Shown here piece by piece: positions 9,056 through 19,519 of a DNA stretch of 64,000 bases. The DNA is taken from the NCBI GenBank assembly GCA_963809895.1, contig CAWELD010000003.1, forward strand, positions 96,001 through 160,000, written 5' to 3'. The DNA is from an uncultured Gemmatimonadales bacterium (GTDB taxonomy: Bacteria; Gemmatimonadota; Gemmatimonadetes; Longimicrobiales; Gaopeijiaceae). The notes beneath the pieces were generated by a model that was not told the DNA's origin, made no database searches, and saw only the letters and a program-made list of their open reading frames with translations. Made by a program: the position numbers and the translations under genes. Every line of letters starts with the position of its first letter. Positions within the stretch are counted from its first letter, which is position 1.

Positions 9056-10900
9056 ATGCGTTTCGCCTACATCGACTCCCAGGGAAAGGAGGTGGGCATC
9101 CCCAGTGTGGATGCCCTCCGCCTCAGGATCGCCCTCAAGGCCATCACCGCGGACACCGTGTTCTTCGACGGGTCCACGGAGCGATGGGCTCCCGCCGGCG
9201 AACACGACATCTTCCGAACGCTCAAGAAGGAGCTGGACGAGCAGGAGGAGGGAACGTTCGTGGCCCCACCGCCGCCGGCGACCGACGAGGCCCCTGGCGC
9301 GCTGAATGCCGACGCGCTGGAGGTGGAAGCGAACGCGGAGAGCCCGGACGCCACCACCGGCGACGAGGCCGCCGAAGACTGGCGGTTCCAGATCAGCAAT
9401 TCGCCATCGGCCCGGGACGAGGCCGAGGAAGACAGCACCGGGAGCACGCCACCGGAGGGCGGGCCGCAGGATCCGACGAAAGTCGAGCCGGTCGGTACGT
9501 CGTCCTGGCTCGAGGTGGACGGAGACGAGAACGACCCGGTCTTCAATCTGGAAGAATCCGAGTTCGTCGACTCCGAGCCGGAAGAAGACGGTCCGGACCG
9601 CTTCGACCTGGTTCCCGAATTCGGGGGGCCCGATCCCGACGATGTCGAAGTGGAGGACGCGTTGCCCGAGGAGGAGGCACCTGAGGAGGTGGAACGGGCT
9701 TCCGCCGCACCGGAGGCTTCCGGCCCAGCCGAACCTCCGTCGGCGGAGGCCGGCCCCGAGGAGGGCGGCGAGACGGAGGCGGTCGGGGCGACGGTCGAGC
9801 CCGAGGTGGTCGAGGGATTCCAGGCCGACCGCTTCGATTTCGAGGGAGTGCTCGAGGAGTCGGGCTGGGGCGACGAGCCTCCGCCTGCCGAAGACGAGCT
9901 CGAGGAGGGCGACGAGGCGCAGGAGGGATCGGACGAGGATCTGGGCCTCGTGGACGCCACGGCCGAGGCGGTAGCCTCCGCCGCCGGAGGCGACGACCTT
10001 CCGCTCCCGACCCGGGAGGAACTGGCCCGCCGTCCCGATGCTCCCCGCCCCTCAGGTGCCGGCGGCGGCGTCCCTCCGGGTAGCCGCAAGGTGCGGGCGG
10101 GTCCGCCGCCGCCACGTCGGCCGCGTCGGCGCGGTCTCGGGGCTGCCCCCGTCGTGGGGGTGGTCCTGGTGTTGGGCGTGGCGGGGGCGGGCTGGTGGAT
10201 GTTCGGCCGTGGTGGAGCTCCTGCCGAGGAAGCGGCGGCTCCCGCACCTCCTCCGGTGGCGATCCCCGATGTCCCGGCCGAGCTGGAGCCGCGGGTGCGC
10301 GAGCTGGGATCCCAGGTCCGGGCCGCCTCTCTGGAGGCCCTGCGTGGTCTTCCGGCACGGATGGATGTGCCAGCCGAGCCTTCGCAGGAGTGGCTGGGTG
10401 GATCCTACATGGCCAACGCGAGCCGCTACGGCGACGTCCAGCGGTACTGGTCGACCATGGACGGCTTCCTGCGTGACATGCAGGCTGCCGAGGACTCGAT
10501 CTTCGCGGCGGAGCTCTCCTCGCACATGGCGTCCGCGGCGCTGCCGCCGGATACCGCGAAGTTGCTGCAGGATCGGATCCTGGCCGGGTTCCGGGCGACC
10601 GCCAGGGAGCGGGGCGCCGTGTACCAGCAGGCGCGGGGCGTGGCCGAGGCCGCACTCCGGCTGCACACCTTCCTGGTGGAGAACGAGCCCTCCATCGACT
10701 ACGAGCCCGCGGCCGGGGGCATCTCCAGGGACCCGGTGCTTGAGGCGGTACCGGCGACCCCGGAGCTGGGCGAGGAGATGTGGGACCGCGTGGGCGAGAT
10801 CACCAGGGCCCTGGACTCCCTGGACTTCCTCGACCGGGTGACCACACAGCGCCTGGTCGACGCCATCACGGCGAAGCTGGAGCGCATCGAGCTGCGCTGA
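9056..10900 (+). CDS. Hypothetical bitopic membrane protein with a small N-terminal domain and long acidic low-complexity linker
   Basis: MRFAYIDSQGKEV...WAPAGEH, then an E/D/P-rich tract, a basic patch, one TM helix and a helical C-terminal domain. Confidence 0.75.
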   Translation: MRFAYIDSQGKEVGIPSVDALRLRIALKAITADTVFFDGSTERWAPAGEHDIFRTLKKELDEQEEGTFVAPPPPATDEAPGALNADALEVEANAESPDATTGDEAAEDWRFQISNSPSARDEAEEDSTGSTPPEGGPQDPTKVEPVGTSSWLEVDGDENDPVFNLEESEFVDSEPEEDGPDRFDLVPEFGGPDPDDVEVEDALPEEEAPEEVERASAAPEASGPAEPPSAEAGPEEGGETEAVGATVEPEVVEGFQADRFDFEGVLEESGWGDEPPPAEDELEEGDEAQEGSDEDLGLVDATAEAVASAAGGDDLPLPTREELARRPDAPRPSGAGGGVPPGSRKVRAGPPPPRRPRRRGLGAAPVVGVVLVLGVAGAGWWMFGRGGAPAEEAAAPAPPPVAIPDVPAELEPRVRELGSQVRAASLEALRGLPARMDVPAEPSQEWLGGSYMANASRYGDVQRYWSTMDGFLRDMQAAEDSIFAAELSSHMASAALPPDTAKLLQDRILAGFRATARERGAVYQQARGVAEAALRLHTFLVENEPSIDYEPAAGGISRDPVLEAVPATPELGEEMWDRVGEITRALDSLDFLDRVTTQRLVDAITAKLERIELR

Positions 10901-11011
10901 GGGGGTGGCCTTCTCGAGTCGGAGGCCGGCGGCCTCCGGCTGCCGCGCTCCTCGCGTGTAAGGAACGCCGAGGAGGCGCGTAGGCGGAGAGGCGGGGCGG
11001 GCGGGTAGACT

Positions 11012-11037
11012 GCAACTCTTCCAGGACCCGGCACGTC
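11012..11037 (+). promoter_or_regulatory. Putative ECF-type promoter GCAAC-N17-CGTC
   Basis: About 60 nt upstream of ATG 11099; same spacing as the motifs at 14646 and 54955. Confidence 0.55.
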
Positions 11038-11098
11038 CCAGGGGAAAGCCGGCTCGGGAAGGGCCGGCGCTACCTTTCCGCCGATCAAGGACGCTCCC

Positions 11099-12389
11099 AT
11101 GCGTGTGTCTGCCCTTCTCGTCGTGCTCGTCGCTGTGGTATCCGGACCCCGGACGGTGTCCGCACAGGGTCCTGAGGCGAGGGGGAGCGATCGCCTCCGG
11201 GTCTTCCTCGACTGCCAGACGGTCTGCGACCAGACCTTCATCCGCACCGAGATCACCTGGGTCGATTGGGTGCGAGACCGCGAGGACGCCGCCGTTCACG
11301 TCCTGGTGACGGGCGAGGGCACCGGAGGGGGTGGTCGCCGCTACTCCCTTGATTTCATCGGGCGCGGCCCGTTTCAGGGCGATGATCACACCATGACCTA
11401 CACGTCGTCGGGGGACGCCACTTCCGACGAGGCCCGCACGGGGTTCACCCGGGTGCTCGGCCTGGGGCTGACCAGCTACGCCCGCGGCAGCGCAACCCTT
11501 CGACCGTCTGAGCGTGCAATACCGTCCGCCGCGGAGTGCGCCTGGAACCGCCGGTCCGCCACAGAACGACCCCTGGGATTTCTGGGTGTTTCGACTGGGG
11601 CTGAACGCCTATTTGAACGGCGAGTCGCTTCAGAGCTCGTCGCAGGCATCGGGGAGCCTGAACGCGTCACGCACCACGGACGACTGGAAGCTCAGCTTCA
11701 GCGGCTCCTACAGCAAGCGTAGCAGCACCTACGAGCTCTCGGATCGATCCGTGACCACGCGGGTGGAGGACTGGAGCTCCAGCGGTCTGGCGGTGAAGAG
11801 CCTGGGTGACCACTGGTCCCTCGGTGCCCGCGCCTCTGCCGGCTCGTCGACGTTCTACAATCAGGACTTTCGTTGGAGCCTGCAGCCGGGTGTCGAATTC
11901 AACTTCTTTCCCTACGGCGAGACCGCGCGCCGTGAACTGACGCTTCAATACCTGGTCGGAATCAACCACTGGGACTACACCGAGGAGACCCTCTTCGGGG
12001 AGATCTCGGAAACCCGGCCGAGCCACTCCGTCGTCCTGGGCCTCGACCTGACCCAACCCTGGGGACGGACCAGCATCTCCATCTCCGGATCCCAGTATCT
12101 GCACGACGCATCCAGATACTCGGCGGGCATCTCCGGCTATGCGCAGGTGCGCCTGTTCAAGGGATTCTCGTTCAACGTGAACGGTAGCTACTCGCGGGTC
12201 CACGACCAGCTCTATCTTCCCAAGGGCGACGCCACCGACGACGAGATCCTCACCCGCCAGCGGCAGCTGGAGACGAGTTACTTCTACTACACCTCGTTCG
12301 GGATCAGCTACCGCTTCGGATCGATCTTCAACAACGTCGTCAACCCGCGCTTCGGCTCATCGCCGGGCGGCACGGTGATCTACTTCTGA
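11099..12389 (+). pseudogene. Outer-membrane beta-barrel-like protein split by a +1 frameshift (likely sequencing error)
   Basis: ORFs 11099..11722 and 11514..12389 join as ...YARGSAT-FDRLSVQY...DPWDFWVF if one C of the run 11496-11498 is removed; signal peptide and amphipathic beta-strands. Confidence 0.75.
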
Positions 12390-12407
12390 CGCGCGCCTCG
12401 GCCCTGA

Positions 12408-13007
12408 TCAGGCGGAGAAGTACGGATTGACCCCGCTGGCGTGGTCCGTGATGTCGTGCACGGCGGTGAGCTCGGGGATGGCCTGACGCAGCATGCGCTC
12501 GACACCCTGTTGAAGCGTCAGGCGGGACATGGCGCATCCCTGACAGCCGCCGGTCATCTCGAGGAAGACCTCGGAATCCTGGACGTCCACGAGGGTGATG
12601 GCGCCGCCGTGCGAAGCGATGGCTGGGTTGACCTGCTGCTCCAGTACCTCGCGCACGCGGTCGGCGATGAGCCCCCGGGGCGGCTCCACCGCGCCCCTCG
12701 CCGCTTCGCCGCCATTCGACCTGGTCCGTGGCACGACCTGGAAACCGCTCTCGTTGACGCGCTCCACGAAGTCCACCGTGGCCCCGTCGAGAGCCTCGGC
12801 CTGCTCCTCGGCCACCAGCACCGTCAGACCATCCAGCGACACCTCACGCTCGTCCTGTCTGCGCTCCTCGGCGCCCACCAGCGTGAGCTCGAACTCGGGA
12901 GCCACCGGACTGCCGTGCATGGCGATGCGAAGGTACTCGAGCTCGCCCTCGCTCTGATCGAGGAAGGAGCGGACCATGTCGCGCGCCTTGTCGGTGAATG
13001 TCAGCAT
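12408..13007 (-). CDS. nfuA: Fe-S cluster biogenesis protein NfuA (degenerate A-type domain plus NifU domain)
   Basis: MLTFTDKA...LDGATVDFV; VNPAIASHGG and GGCQGC; DITDHASGVNPYF. Confidence 0.9.
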   Translation of the reverse strand: MLTFTDKARDMVRSFLDQSEGELEYLRIAMHGSPVAPEFELTLVGAEERRQDEREVSLDGLTVLVAEEQAEALDGATVDFVERVNESGFQVVPRTRSNGGEAARGAVEPPRGLIADRVREVLEQQVNPAIASHGGAITLVDVQDSEVFLEMTGGCQGCAMSRLTLQQGVERMLRQAIPELTAVHDITDHASGVNPYFSA

Positions 13008-13323
13008 CTGAACTCCCGCGGCTTCGGTTCGACTCGCTGGGCCGGGCGTGGCCCGGTGATGCAATACCCGACGCCCCGGCACCGGATCCCTCCGACGCAC
13101 ACGGCGACGATCCACGCTGCCGAAGAGGGTAACCCGTCCCGGGCCCGGCAGGAAGCCGCAGGCCGCCGGTTGCTGGTCCTGCGCCTCTCCGTCTACCTTT
13201 TCTGGCCGTGTCCGTGCAGTCCCGAACCGCACGGTGGGCCCACGCCGGCCCGGGCACGACGACCTCAGTCACGCACAACCGGGCCCGTCCCATGCGGACG
13301 CGGCCTTTCCAATCGGGAATCTC

Positions 13324-14643
13324 ATGGCCGACCAGGATGTGATGGACAAGCTCGTGTCCCTGTGCAAGCGACGGGGCTTCATCTTCCAGTCCTCCGAGAT
13401 CTACGGAGGCACCGGCTCCGTCTGGGACTACGGTCCGCTGGGTGTGGAGCTCAAGCGCAACGTCAAGGAGCGCTGGTGGAGCACCATGGTCCACGAGCGC
13501 GACGACGTCGAGGGATTGGACGCCGCCATTCTCATGCATCCCCGGGTCTGGGAGGCCTCCGGGCACGTGGAAGGCTTCACGGACCCGCTGGTGGAGTGCG
13601 GCAACTGCCATCGACGCTTCCGGGCCGATCTTCCCGAGGTCCAGGACGGTCAGTGCCCCGTGTGCGGGACCCGCGACACGTTCTCCGCGCCGCGGCAGTT
13701 CAACCTCATGTTCAAGACCTTCATGGGCCCGGTGGAGGAGGCCGCCGCCACCGTCTACCTGCGACCCGAGACCGCGCAGGGATCCTACGTGAACTTCCTG
13801 AACGTCCAGCAGTCGGCACGCCAGAAGCTGCCCTTCGGCATCGCTCAGATCGGCAAGGCGTTCAGGAACGAGATCACACCCGGGAACTTCATCTTCCGGA
13901 CTCGCGAGTTCGAGCAGATGGAGATGCAGTTCTTCGTGCGCCCGGGCAGCGACGACGAGTGGTTCGAGCGCTGGAAGGCCGACCGCATGGCCTGGCACGT
14001 GTCGTTGGGCATCCACAAGGACAAGCTGCGCTTTCACGAGCACGGGCCCGACGAGCTGGCGCACTACGCCAAGAAGGCCGTGGACATCGAGTACGAGTAT
14101 CCCTTCGGCTGGAAGGAGTTCGAGGGCGTGCACAACCGCACGGATTTCGACCTCGGCCGTCATCAGGAGTATTCCGGCAAGCGCCTGGAGTACATCGATC
14201 CGACCACCAACGAGCGCTTCATCCCCTTCGTCATCGAGACGGCGGTGGGGGTGGACCGCACGGTCCTGGTGGCGCTCATCGACGCCTACCGGGAGGAGTC
14301 GGTGGAGGGAGAGGAGCGGGTGGTCCTGGGGCTCCACCCGCGCCTGGCGCCTCTGAAGGTGGCCGTCTTCCCTCTGGTGAAGAAGGACGGGCTCCCCGAG
14401 GTGGCGGACAAGCTCCACCAGGAGCTGCGCCGCGCCGCGATCCCCTCGTTCTACGACGAGTCCGGCTCCATCGGCCGCCGCTATCGCCGCCAGGACGAGG
14501 CCGGGACTCCCTGGTGCGTGACCGTCGACGGGGAGACGCTGGAGAATCAGACCGTCACCATTCGCGATCGCGACACGCTCGAGCAGGAGCGGGTGGCGCT
14601 GGACCAGGTGCGTGGATGGATCCAGGAGCGTCTCGGGGGCTGA
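13324..14643 (+). CDS. glyQS: Glycine--tRNA ligase (alpha2 type)
   Basis: LCKRRGF, YLRPETAQG, FRNEITPGNFIFRTREFEQME, IGRRYRRQDEAGTP. Confidence 0.97.
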   Translation: MADQDVMDKLVSLCKRRGFIFQSSEIYGGTGSVWDYGPLGVELKRNVKERWWSTMVHERDDVEGLDAAILMHPRVWEASGHVEGFTDPLVECGNCHRRFRADLPEVQDGQCPVCGTRDTFSAPRQFNLMFKTFMGPVEEAAATVYLRPETAQGSYVNFLNVQQSARQKLPFGIAQIGKAFRNEITPGNFIFRTREFEQMEMQFFVRPGSDDEWFERWKADRMAWHVSLGIHKDKLRFHEHGPDELAHYAKKAVDIEYEYPFGWKEFEGVHNRTDFDLGRHQEYSGKRLEYIDPTTNERFIPFVIETAVGVDRTVLVALIDAYREESVEGEERVVLGLHPRLAPLKVAVFPLVKKDGLPEVADKLHQELRRAAIPSFYDESGSIGRRYRRQDEAGTPWCVTVDGETLENQTVTIRDRDTLEQERVALDQVRGWIQERLGG

Positions 14644-14645
14644 GC

Positions 14646-14671
14646 GGAACCCGGGTCCGCCCCTGGGCGTA
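14646..14671 (+). promoter_or_regulatory. Putative ECF-type promoter GGAAC-N17-CGTA
   Basis: 45 nt upstream of ATG 14717, directly after the glyQS stop. Confidence 0.5.
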
Positions 14672-14716
14672 CCCGTCCGGCGCACGTTTTCCGCGAACGG
14701 TCCCACGGAGGAATAG

Positions 14717-15493
14717 ATGAGACGCTGGACGAGGATCGCCCTGACCGGAGCGCTGTTGATGGCTGCTCCCACATCGCTCGCCGCGCAGGACGAGGGCGGC
14801 TCCTGGAAGCTCGATGGCGAGCTGGGTGCCAGCCTCTTCTTCGGAGCGTCGGAGCAGACCACGACGACCTTCCGCGCCGCCGCCGAGCGCAAGAGCTCGC
14901 TCCTCGAGTTCTCCCTGGGGGGAGAGTTCGCCTACGGAGAGGCGCAGGATCCGGCGTCGGGAGATTCCTTCGTCAACAAGCGCTCCTGGGCCGCGAGCAC
15001 GGCGCTGGACTACAAGCCGGAGGGCAAGGTCAGCCCCTTCCTGTTCGCCGATGCCGAGGGCAGCCTCGAGCGGCAGATCGCCCTGCGTCTGAGCACGGGT
15101 CTGGGCGCCAAGTACCGGTTCGTGGACACCGACGAGACCGGGCTCGACGTGAGTCTGGCGGCCCTCGTGGAGCGCACCGAGCCCCGAGAGTACCAGGTCG
15201 GGGCGGACACCGACATCGAGACGCTGGCCCGCTGGTCCGCCCGCTTCCGGGCGCGGCACGCCTTCTCGGACGGTCGCACGACCTTCAAGCTGGTGACCTT
15301 CTACCGACCGGCCTTCAGGGACTCCGGCGACTACACGGTCGACACCGACACCTCGCTGGCCTACGCCCTCAATCAGAGCATCAGCCTCAAGCTCTCGTTC
15401 GTGGACAAGTACGACTCGCTGGCCAGGGACCGCGGCGCCCGCTCCAACAACGACGGCCGGCTCGTCTTCTCGGTTCTCGCCAGCGTGAAGTAG
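14717..15493 (+). CDS. DUF481/YdiY-like outer-membrane beta-barrel protein
   Basis: Signal peptide, alternating beta-strands, GLGAKYRF; GGAGGA RBS. Confidence 0.8.
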   Translation: MRRWTRIALTGALLMAAPTSLAAQDEGGSWKLDGELGASLFFGASEQTTTTFRAAAERKSSLLEFSLGGEFAYGEAQDPASGDSFVNKRSWAASTALDYKPEGKVSPFLFADAEGSLERQIALRLSTGLGAKYRFVDTDETGLDVSLAALVERTEPREYQVGADTDIETLARWSARFRARHAFSDGRTTFKLVTFYRPAFRDSGDYTVDTDTSLAYALNQSISLKLSFVDKYDSLARDRGARSNNDGRLVFSVLASVK

Positions 15494-15603
15494 AGGGCGC
15501 GGGCCCGGGGAGCGCCCGGACCGCGAGGTTGTGACGCGACGGCGGAGGTGCCTATCTTGGCCGCCGTCCGCCCAACCGGCTACGCCATCAGGAGCCACGC
15601 CTC

Positions 15604-17112
15604 GTGTCCGCATCCAAGTCCGAAGTCTTCAGCTCTCGCTGGGGCATGCTCCTGGCCATGCTCGGCATGGCGGTGGGTACGGGCAACATCTGGCGCTTTC
15701 CGCGCATCGCGGCCAGCAACGGAGGCGGCTCGTTCCTGGTGGCGTGGGTGGTGTTCCTCATGGTGTGGTCCGTGCCCCTGCTCATCCTCGAGTTCGGGAT
15801 GGGGAAGGGGACCCGCCGCGGCACCGTGGGGGCCTTCGTCCACACCATCGGGCCCCGCTTCGGGTGGATGGGCGCGTGGGTGGCGTGGACGGCCACGGCG
15901 ATCATGTTCTACTACAGCGTCGTCATGGGCTGGACGCTGCGATTCTTCTGGGCGACGCTGACCCATCAGATTCCCACGGAGGTGCCGGGTGCCTTCTGGG
16001 AGTCCTTCGCCGGCTCCCACGGCGCCCTGCTCACGCACACGCTGTCCGTGGGCCTGGGTGTGTTCGTGGTGGCGTGGGGTGTGAAGGGGATCGAGACCGC
16101 CGCGCGCATCCTCATTCCGTCGCTGGTCATCCTCGTCATCGTTCTGGCGGTGAAGGCCCTCACCCTGCCCGGAGCTTCTCGGGGCCTCGAGTTCCTCTTC
16201 ACGCCGGATCTGGCGCGCCTGGGGGACTACCGGGTCTGGTTGCAGGCACTCACCCAGAACGCCTGGGACACCGGCGCGGGCTGGGGGCTGGTCCTCACGT
16301 ACGCCATCTACATGCGGCAACGTGAGGACACCGCGCTCAACGCCTTCGTCATCGGCTTCGGCAACAACTCCATGTCGCTGCTGGCCGGGATCATGGTGCT
16401 GTGCACGGTCTTTTCGGTGATGCCCGAGGCCGCGGACCAGATCGTGGGCGCCGGCAACGAGGGGCTCACCTTCATCTGGGTGCCCCAGCTCTTCAAGGCC
16501 ATGCCGGGCGGCCAGTTCTTCATGGCCCTCTTCTTCCTGGCCCTGGCCTTCGCGGCCTGGACGAGCCTGGTGGCCATGATCGAGTTGGCGTCCCGCGTTC
16601 TCATGGATCTGGGGTTGCCCAGGGGCTCCGCCATCGCGGTCGTGGGGATCTCGGGGCTGCTCATGGGTGCCCCCTCGGCGCTCAGCCTCGACGTCTTCGC
16701 CAATCAGGACTGGGTGTGGGGAGTGGGCCTCATGCTGTCGGGCTTCTTCTTCGCCTTCGCCGTGCTCCGCTACGGCGTGACCGAGTGGCGGGAGACCTTC
16801 ATCAACCATGCCCATTCCGACGTCCACATCGGTGCGTGGTGGGACTGGGCGATGCGCTTCGTCGTGGTTCAGGCCATCGTGCTCATGGTCTGGTGGCTGT
16901 GGCAGGCCCGGGGCGCGGACCCCGCCGCCACCTGGACGCTCTTCTCGTCCTACAACGTGGGCACCGTGGTCATCCAGTGGGTGGTGGTGCTGGCCGTGCT
17001 CTTGCTCCTGAACCGCTGGATGGTGGGACGCATTCGCGCCCACGACGTGGGGCGTCCCGATGCCCGGGCGCAGGACCACGTGGGGCCGGACGAGGACTTC
17101 CACGCCCCCTGA
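15604..17112 (+). CDS. Sodium-dependent transporter, NSS/SNF family
   Basis: MAVGTGNIWRFP, NGGGSFL, GLTFIWVP; many TM helices. Confidence 0.93.
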   Translation: MSASKSEVFSSRWGMLLAMLGMAVGTGNIWRFPRIAASNGGGSFLVAWVVFLMVWSVPLLILEFGMGKGTRRGTVGAFVHTIGPRFGWMGAWVAWTATAIMFYYSVVMGWTLRFFWATLTHQIPTEVPGAFWESFAGSHGALLTHTLSVGLGVFVVAWGVKGIETAARILIPSLVILVIVLAVKALTLPGASRGLEFLFTPDLARLGDYRVWLQALTQNAWDTGAGWGLVLTYAIYMRQREDTALNAFVIGFGNNSMSLLAGIMVLCTVFSVMPEAADQIVGAGNEGLTFIWVPQLFKAMPGGQFFMALFFLALAFAAWTSLVAMIELASRVLMDLGLPRGSAIAVVGISGLLMGAPSALSLDVFANQDWVWGVGLMLSGFFFAFAVLRYGVTEWRETFINHAHSDVHIGAWWDWAMRFVVVQAIVLMVWWLWQARGADPAATWTLFSSYNVGTVVIQWVVVLAVLLLLNRWMVGRIRAHDVGRPDARAQDHVGPDEDFHAP

Positions 17113-17154
17113 CGGCATGGGGCCTCGGGCCCGAGGGGACGCCGCCGGAGATCC

Positions 17155-17913
17155 ATGAAGTTCACGCGATTCGAGCAGGTGGCGCGGGACGCGTTCGAAG
17201 CGATTCCCGAGGAATACCGGCGGGGGATCGATGGGTTGGTGATCTCGCGCGAGTCCGTCGCGCACCCCACGCTGCCGGACATCTTCACGCTGGGCACCTG
17301 CGATACCGAGGAATACCTGTCGGACTACGGCGGTCCCGACACCACGCGCTCGGTGGTGGTGCTCTTCTACGGCTCGTTCCGAAACCTCGCCCGCCTGGAT
17401 CCCGACTTCGACTGGGAGGCGGAGATCCACGAGACGGTGGAGCACGAGGTCCGTCATCACCTGGAGTCCCTGGCGGGCCACGACGAGCTGGGCGACGTGG
17501 ACTACGCCATGGACGAGGACTTCAAGCGCTACGAGGGGATGGCCTTCGACCCGTGGTACTTCCAGCGGGGCGACCGGGTGCGGCCGGGGACCTACGCGGT
17601 GGAGGACCACGTCTTCGTGGAACAGGAGTGGCGCGGCGAGGCCTTCGACGCGGCCGACCAGGCGACGTTCGAGTGGAAGGGCGTCACCTGGGCCGTTCCC
17701 CTGCCCGACGAGCTGGGCGACATCCATTTCGTGCTCGTGGAGGGTGTGCCCGACGCGCCGCCCGTTCTGGAGCTGGTGCTGGTCAGGCGACGCTCCTGGT
17801 GGGAGGACGTGCGACGGCTGTTGGGCAGCTCGCGGCCCCGCGTGCTGGAGAGCGAGGCCTCGGCGCGCTCTGTCGGGGCGCCCCCTTCGGACCGGGCCTC
17901 CGACGGATCCTGA
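17155..17913 (+). CDS. Minimal zincin-like metallopeptidase-domain protein
   Basis: AFEAIPEEY...VVLFYGSF...ETVEHEVRHH (HExxH). Confidence 0.75.
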   Translation: MKFTRFEQVARDAFEAIPEEYRRGIDGLVISRESVAHPTLPDIFTLGTCDTEEYLSDYGGPDTTRSVVVLFYGSFRNLARLDPDFDWEAEIHETVEHEVRHHLESLAGHDELGDVDYAMDEDFKRYEGMAFDPWYFQRGDRVRPGTYAVEDHVFVEQEWRGEAFDAADQATFEWKGVTWAVPLPDELGDIHFVLVEGVPDAPPVLELVLVRRRSWWEDVRRLLGSSRPRVLESEASARSVGAPPSDRASDGS

Positions 17914-17939
17914 GCCGGGCTCACGGGTGCAATCCCACC

Positions 17940-18746
17940 ATGCCACTCCACGACGACTACGCCCGGAGCACGCCCTTCGAGCGCGCCCTCCCCGACATGG
18001 ACTTCGCGGCGCGCCACTTCGAGGCGATGGTCGAGGAAGCGGAGCGCCGAGGCGCCGCTCTGGAGGACCCGGGTGGACTGGTGATGCTCGAGAGCACGGC
18101 GGCGGCGCTGGACGAGCTCCGGTTGCCGTCCGAGGGGATGGAGACGTTGCCGAGACACGCGGCGCTCCTCTTCCACGCCTTTCATCATCACCGGGCCGGA
18201 CGTCCGCTGGTGCTCGTGCGCAGCGGCGTGGTCCGCTATCTGGTGGACACCGATCCGGGCACCGGAGCGGAGGACGCCCGGGGGCTGGCGCCGGGCAGCT
18301 ACGTGCAGCTTCCGCAACACCTCCTGTGGGTGCATCCCGACGAGGCCGAACGCCCCCTGTCGCTGGACGGCTTCTTCTGGACCTGCCCCGAACCCCACAC
18401 GCTCCACCTGCTGGGCGTCGCGGGCCTGCTGGACGGCCGGCCGGGCTTCACGGTCCTGCAGCTTCCGCCCGTACCCATGGCCGATGCGGCGGTGTGGGCC
18501 ACGACGAAGGCCCGCCCCGACGAGGACGGGGCCGACTTCACCTCCGATCTGCCGGGGGCCGAGCTCGAGCACCTTCTGGAGGTGCGCACGGCGGGTGAGC
18601 TCCTCAAGCTCGGCGCGCGCCTGGATCGATACCTCCGACGCTTTCCCGGCAGTGGGCAGGAGGCGGAACCGAGCGACGATCCCACGGACGGCGCCCCCGC
18701 GCGAAGCGCCATCCCCTACACCCTCGTGACCCTCGCCGGGTCCTGA
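17940..18746 (+). CDS. Hypothetical protein
   Basis: 3' part of ORF 16401..18746 from ATG 17940 (MPLHDDYARSTPFE); fills the gap with typical codon usage. Confidence 0.75.
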   Translation: MPLHDDYARSTPFERALPDMDFAARHFEAMVEEAERRGAALEDPGGLVMLESTAAALDELRLPSEGMETLPRHAALLFHAFHHHRAGRPLVLVRSGVVRYLVDTDPGTGAEDARGLAPGSYVQLPQHLLWVHPDEAERPLSLDGFFWTCPEPHTLHLLGVAGLLDGRPGFTVLQLPPVPMADAAVWATTKARPDEDGADFTSDLPGAELEHLLEVRTAGELLKLGARLDRYLRRFPGSGQEAEPSDDPTDGAPARSAIPYTLVTLAGS

Positions 18747-18772
18747 AGCAGACTCCATCCAGGAAGCACGCC

Positions 18773-19423
18773 ATGCCCAGAGAGTCCCGGAAGGCCCGCG
18801 CCGAGCGGGCGGCGGAGATCTTCGACCTGCTGGCCGAGGAGTATCCCGATGCCCACTGCGAGCTCGACTTCCAGGACCCCTATCAGCTCGCCGTGGCCAC
18901 CATCCTGTCGGCGCAGACCACCGACGAGCGGGTCAACCAGGTGACCCCGGAGCTCTTCCGGCGCTACCCGGACCCGGAGGCGCTGGCGGGCGCGTCGCAG
19001 GAGGACGTGGAGGAGATCGTCCGCTCCACGGGCTTCTTCCGCAACAAGGCCCGCAACATCATCGGCTTCGCACGGGGCGTGCTGTCCGAGCACGACGGTG
19101 CGGTACCGCGGTCCATGGCCGAGCTGGCGGCGCTTCCCGGGGTCGGACGCAAGACCGCCAACGTGATCCTCGGCAACGCCTTCGGCATCGACGAGGGCGT
19201 CGTCGTGGACACGCACGTGAAGCGGCTGTCGTCGCGCCTCGGGCTCACCCGCGAGAAGACGCCGGAGAAGGTGGAGAAGGACCTGATGAAGATCTTCCCG
19301 CGCGAACGCTGGACGCTGCTGTCGCACCTCCTCATCTGGCACGGGCGCCGCGTGTGCGACGCCCGCAAGCCCCGCTGCGAGGCGTGCGTGGTGGCTCACC
19401 TGTGTCCTTCGTCGCGCGTGTGA
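18773..19423 (+). CDS. nth: Endonuclease III
   Basis: ILSAQTTD, LPGVGRKTANV, VDTHV, C-x6-C-x2-C-x5-C Fe-S motif. Confidence 0.97.
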   Translation: MPRESRKARAERAAEIFDLLAEEYPDAHCELDFQDPYQLAVATILSAQTTDERVNQVTPELFRRYPDPEALAGASQEDVEEIVRSTGFFRNKARNIIGFARGVLSEHDGAVPRSMAELAALPGVGRKTANVILGNAFGIDEGVVVDTHVKRLSSRLGLTREKTPEKVEKDLMKIFPRERWTLLSHLLIWHGRRVCDARKPRCEACVVAHLCPSSRV

Positions 19424-19519
19424 CGCGGGCACGACGCCAGGGGTGCGGCGGCTTGACCGCAAGCCCTCGGCGGAGGAGCTTCTCCCCGACCCGATCCGTC
19501 ATTCCGAAAGGACAGACCC

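Noticed and set aside
13008..13323. 316-bp region before glyQS as a T-box or riboswitch
   Set aside because: No T-box consensus or terminator/antiterminator seen; adequately explained as a divergent promoter region.
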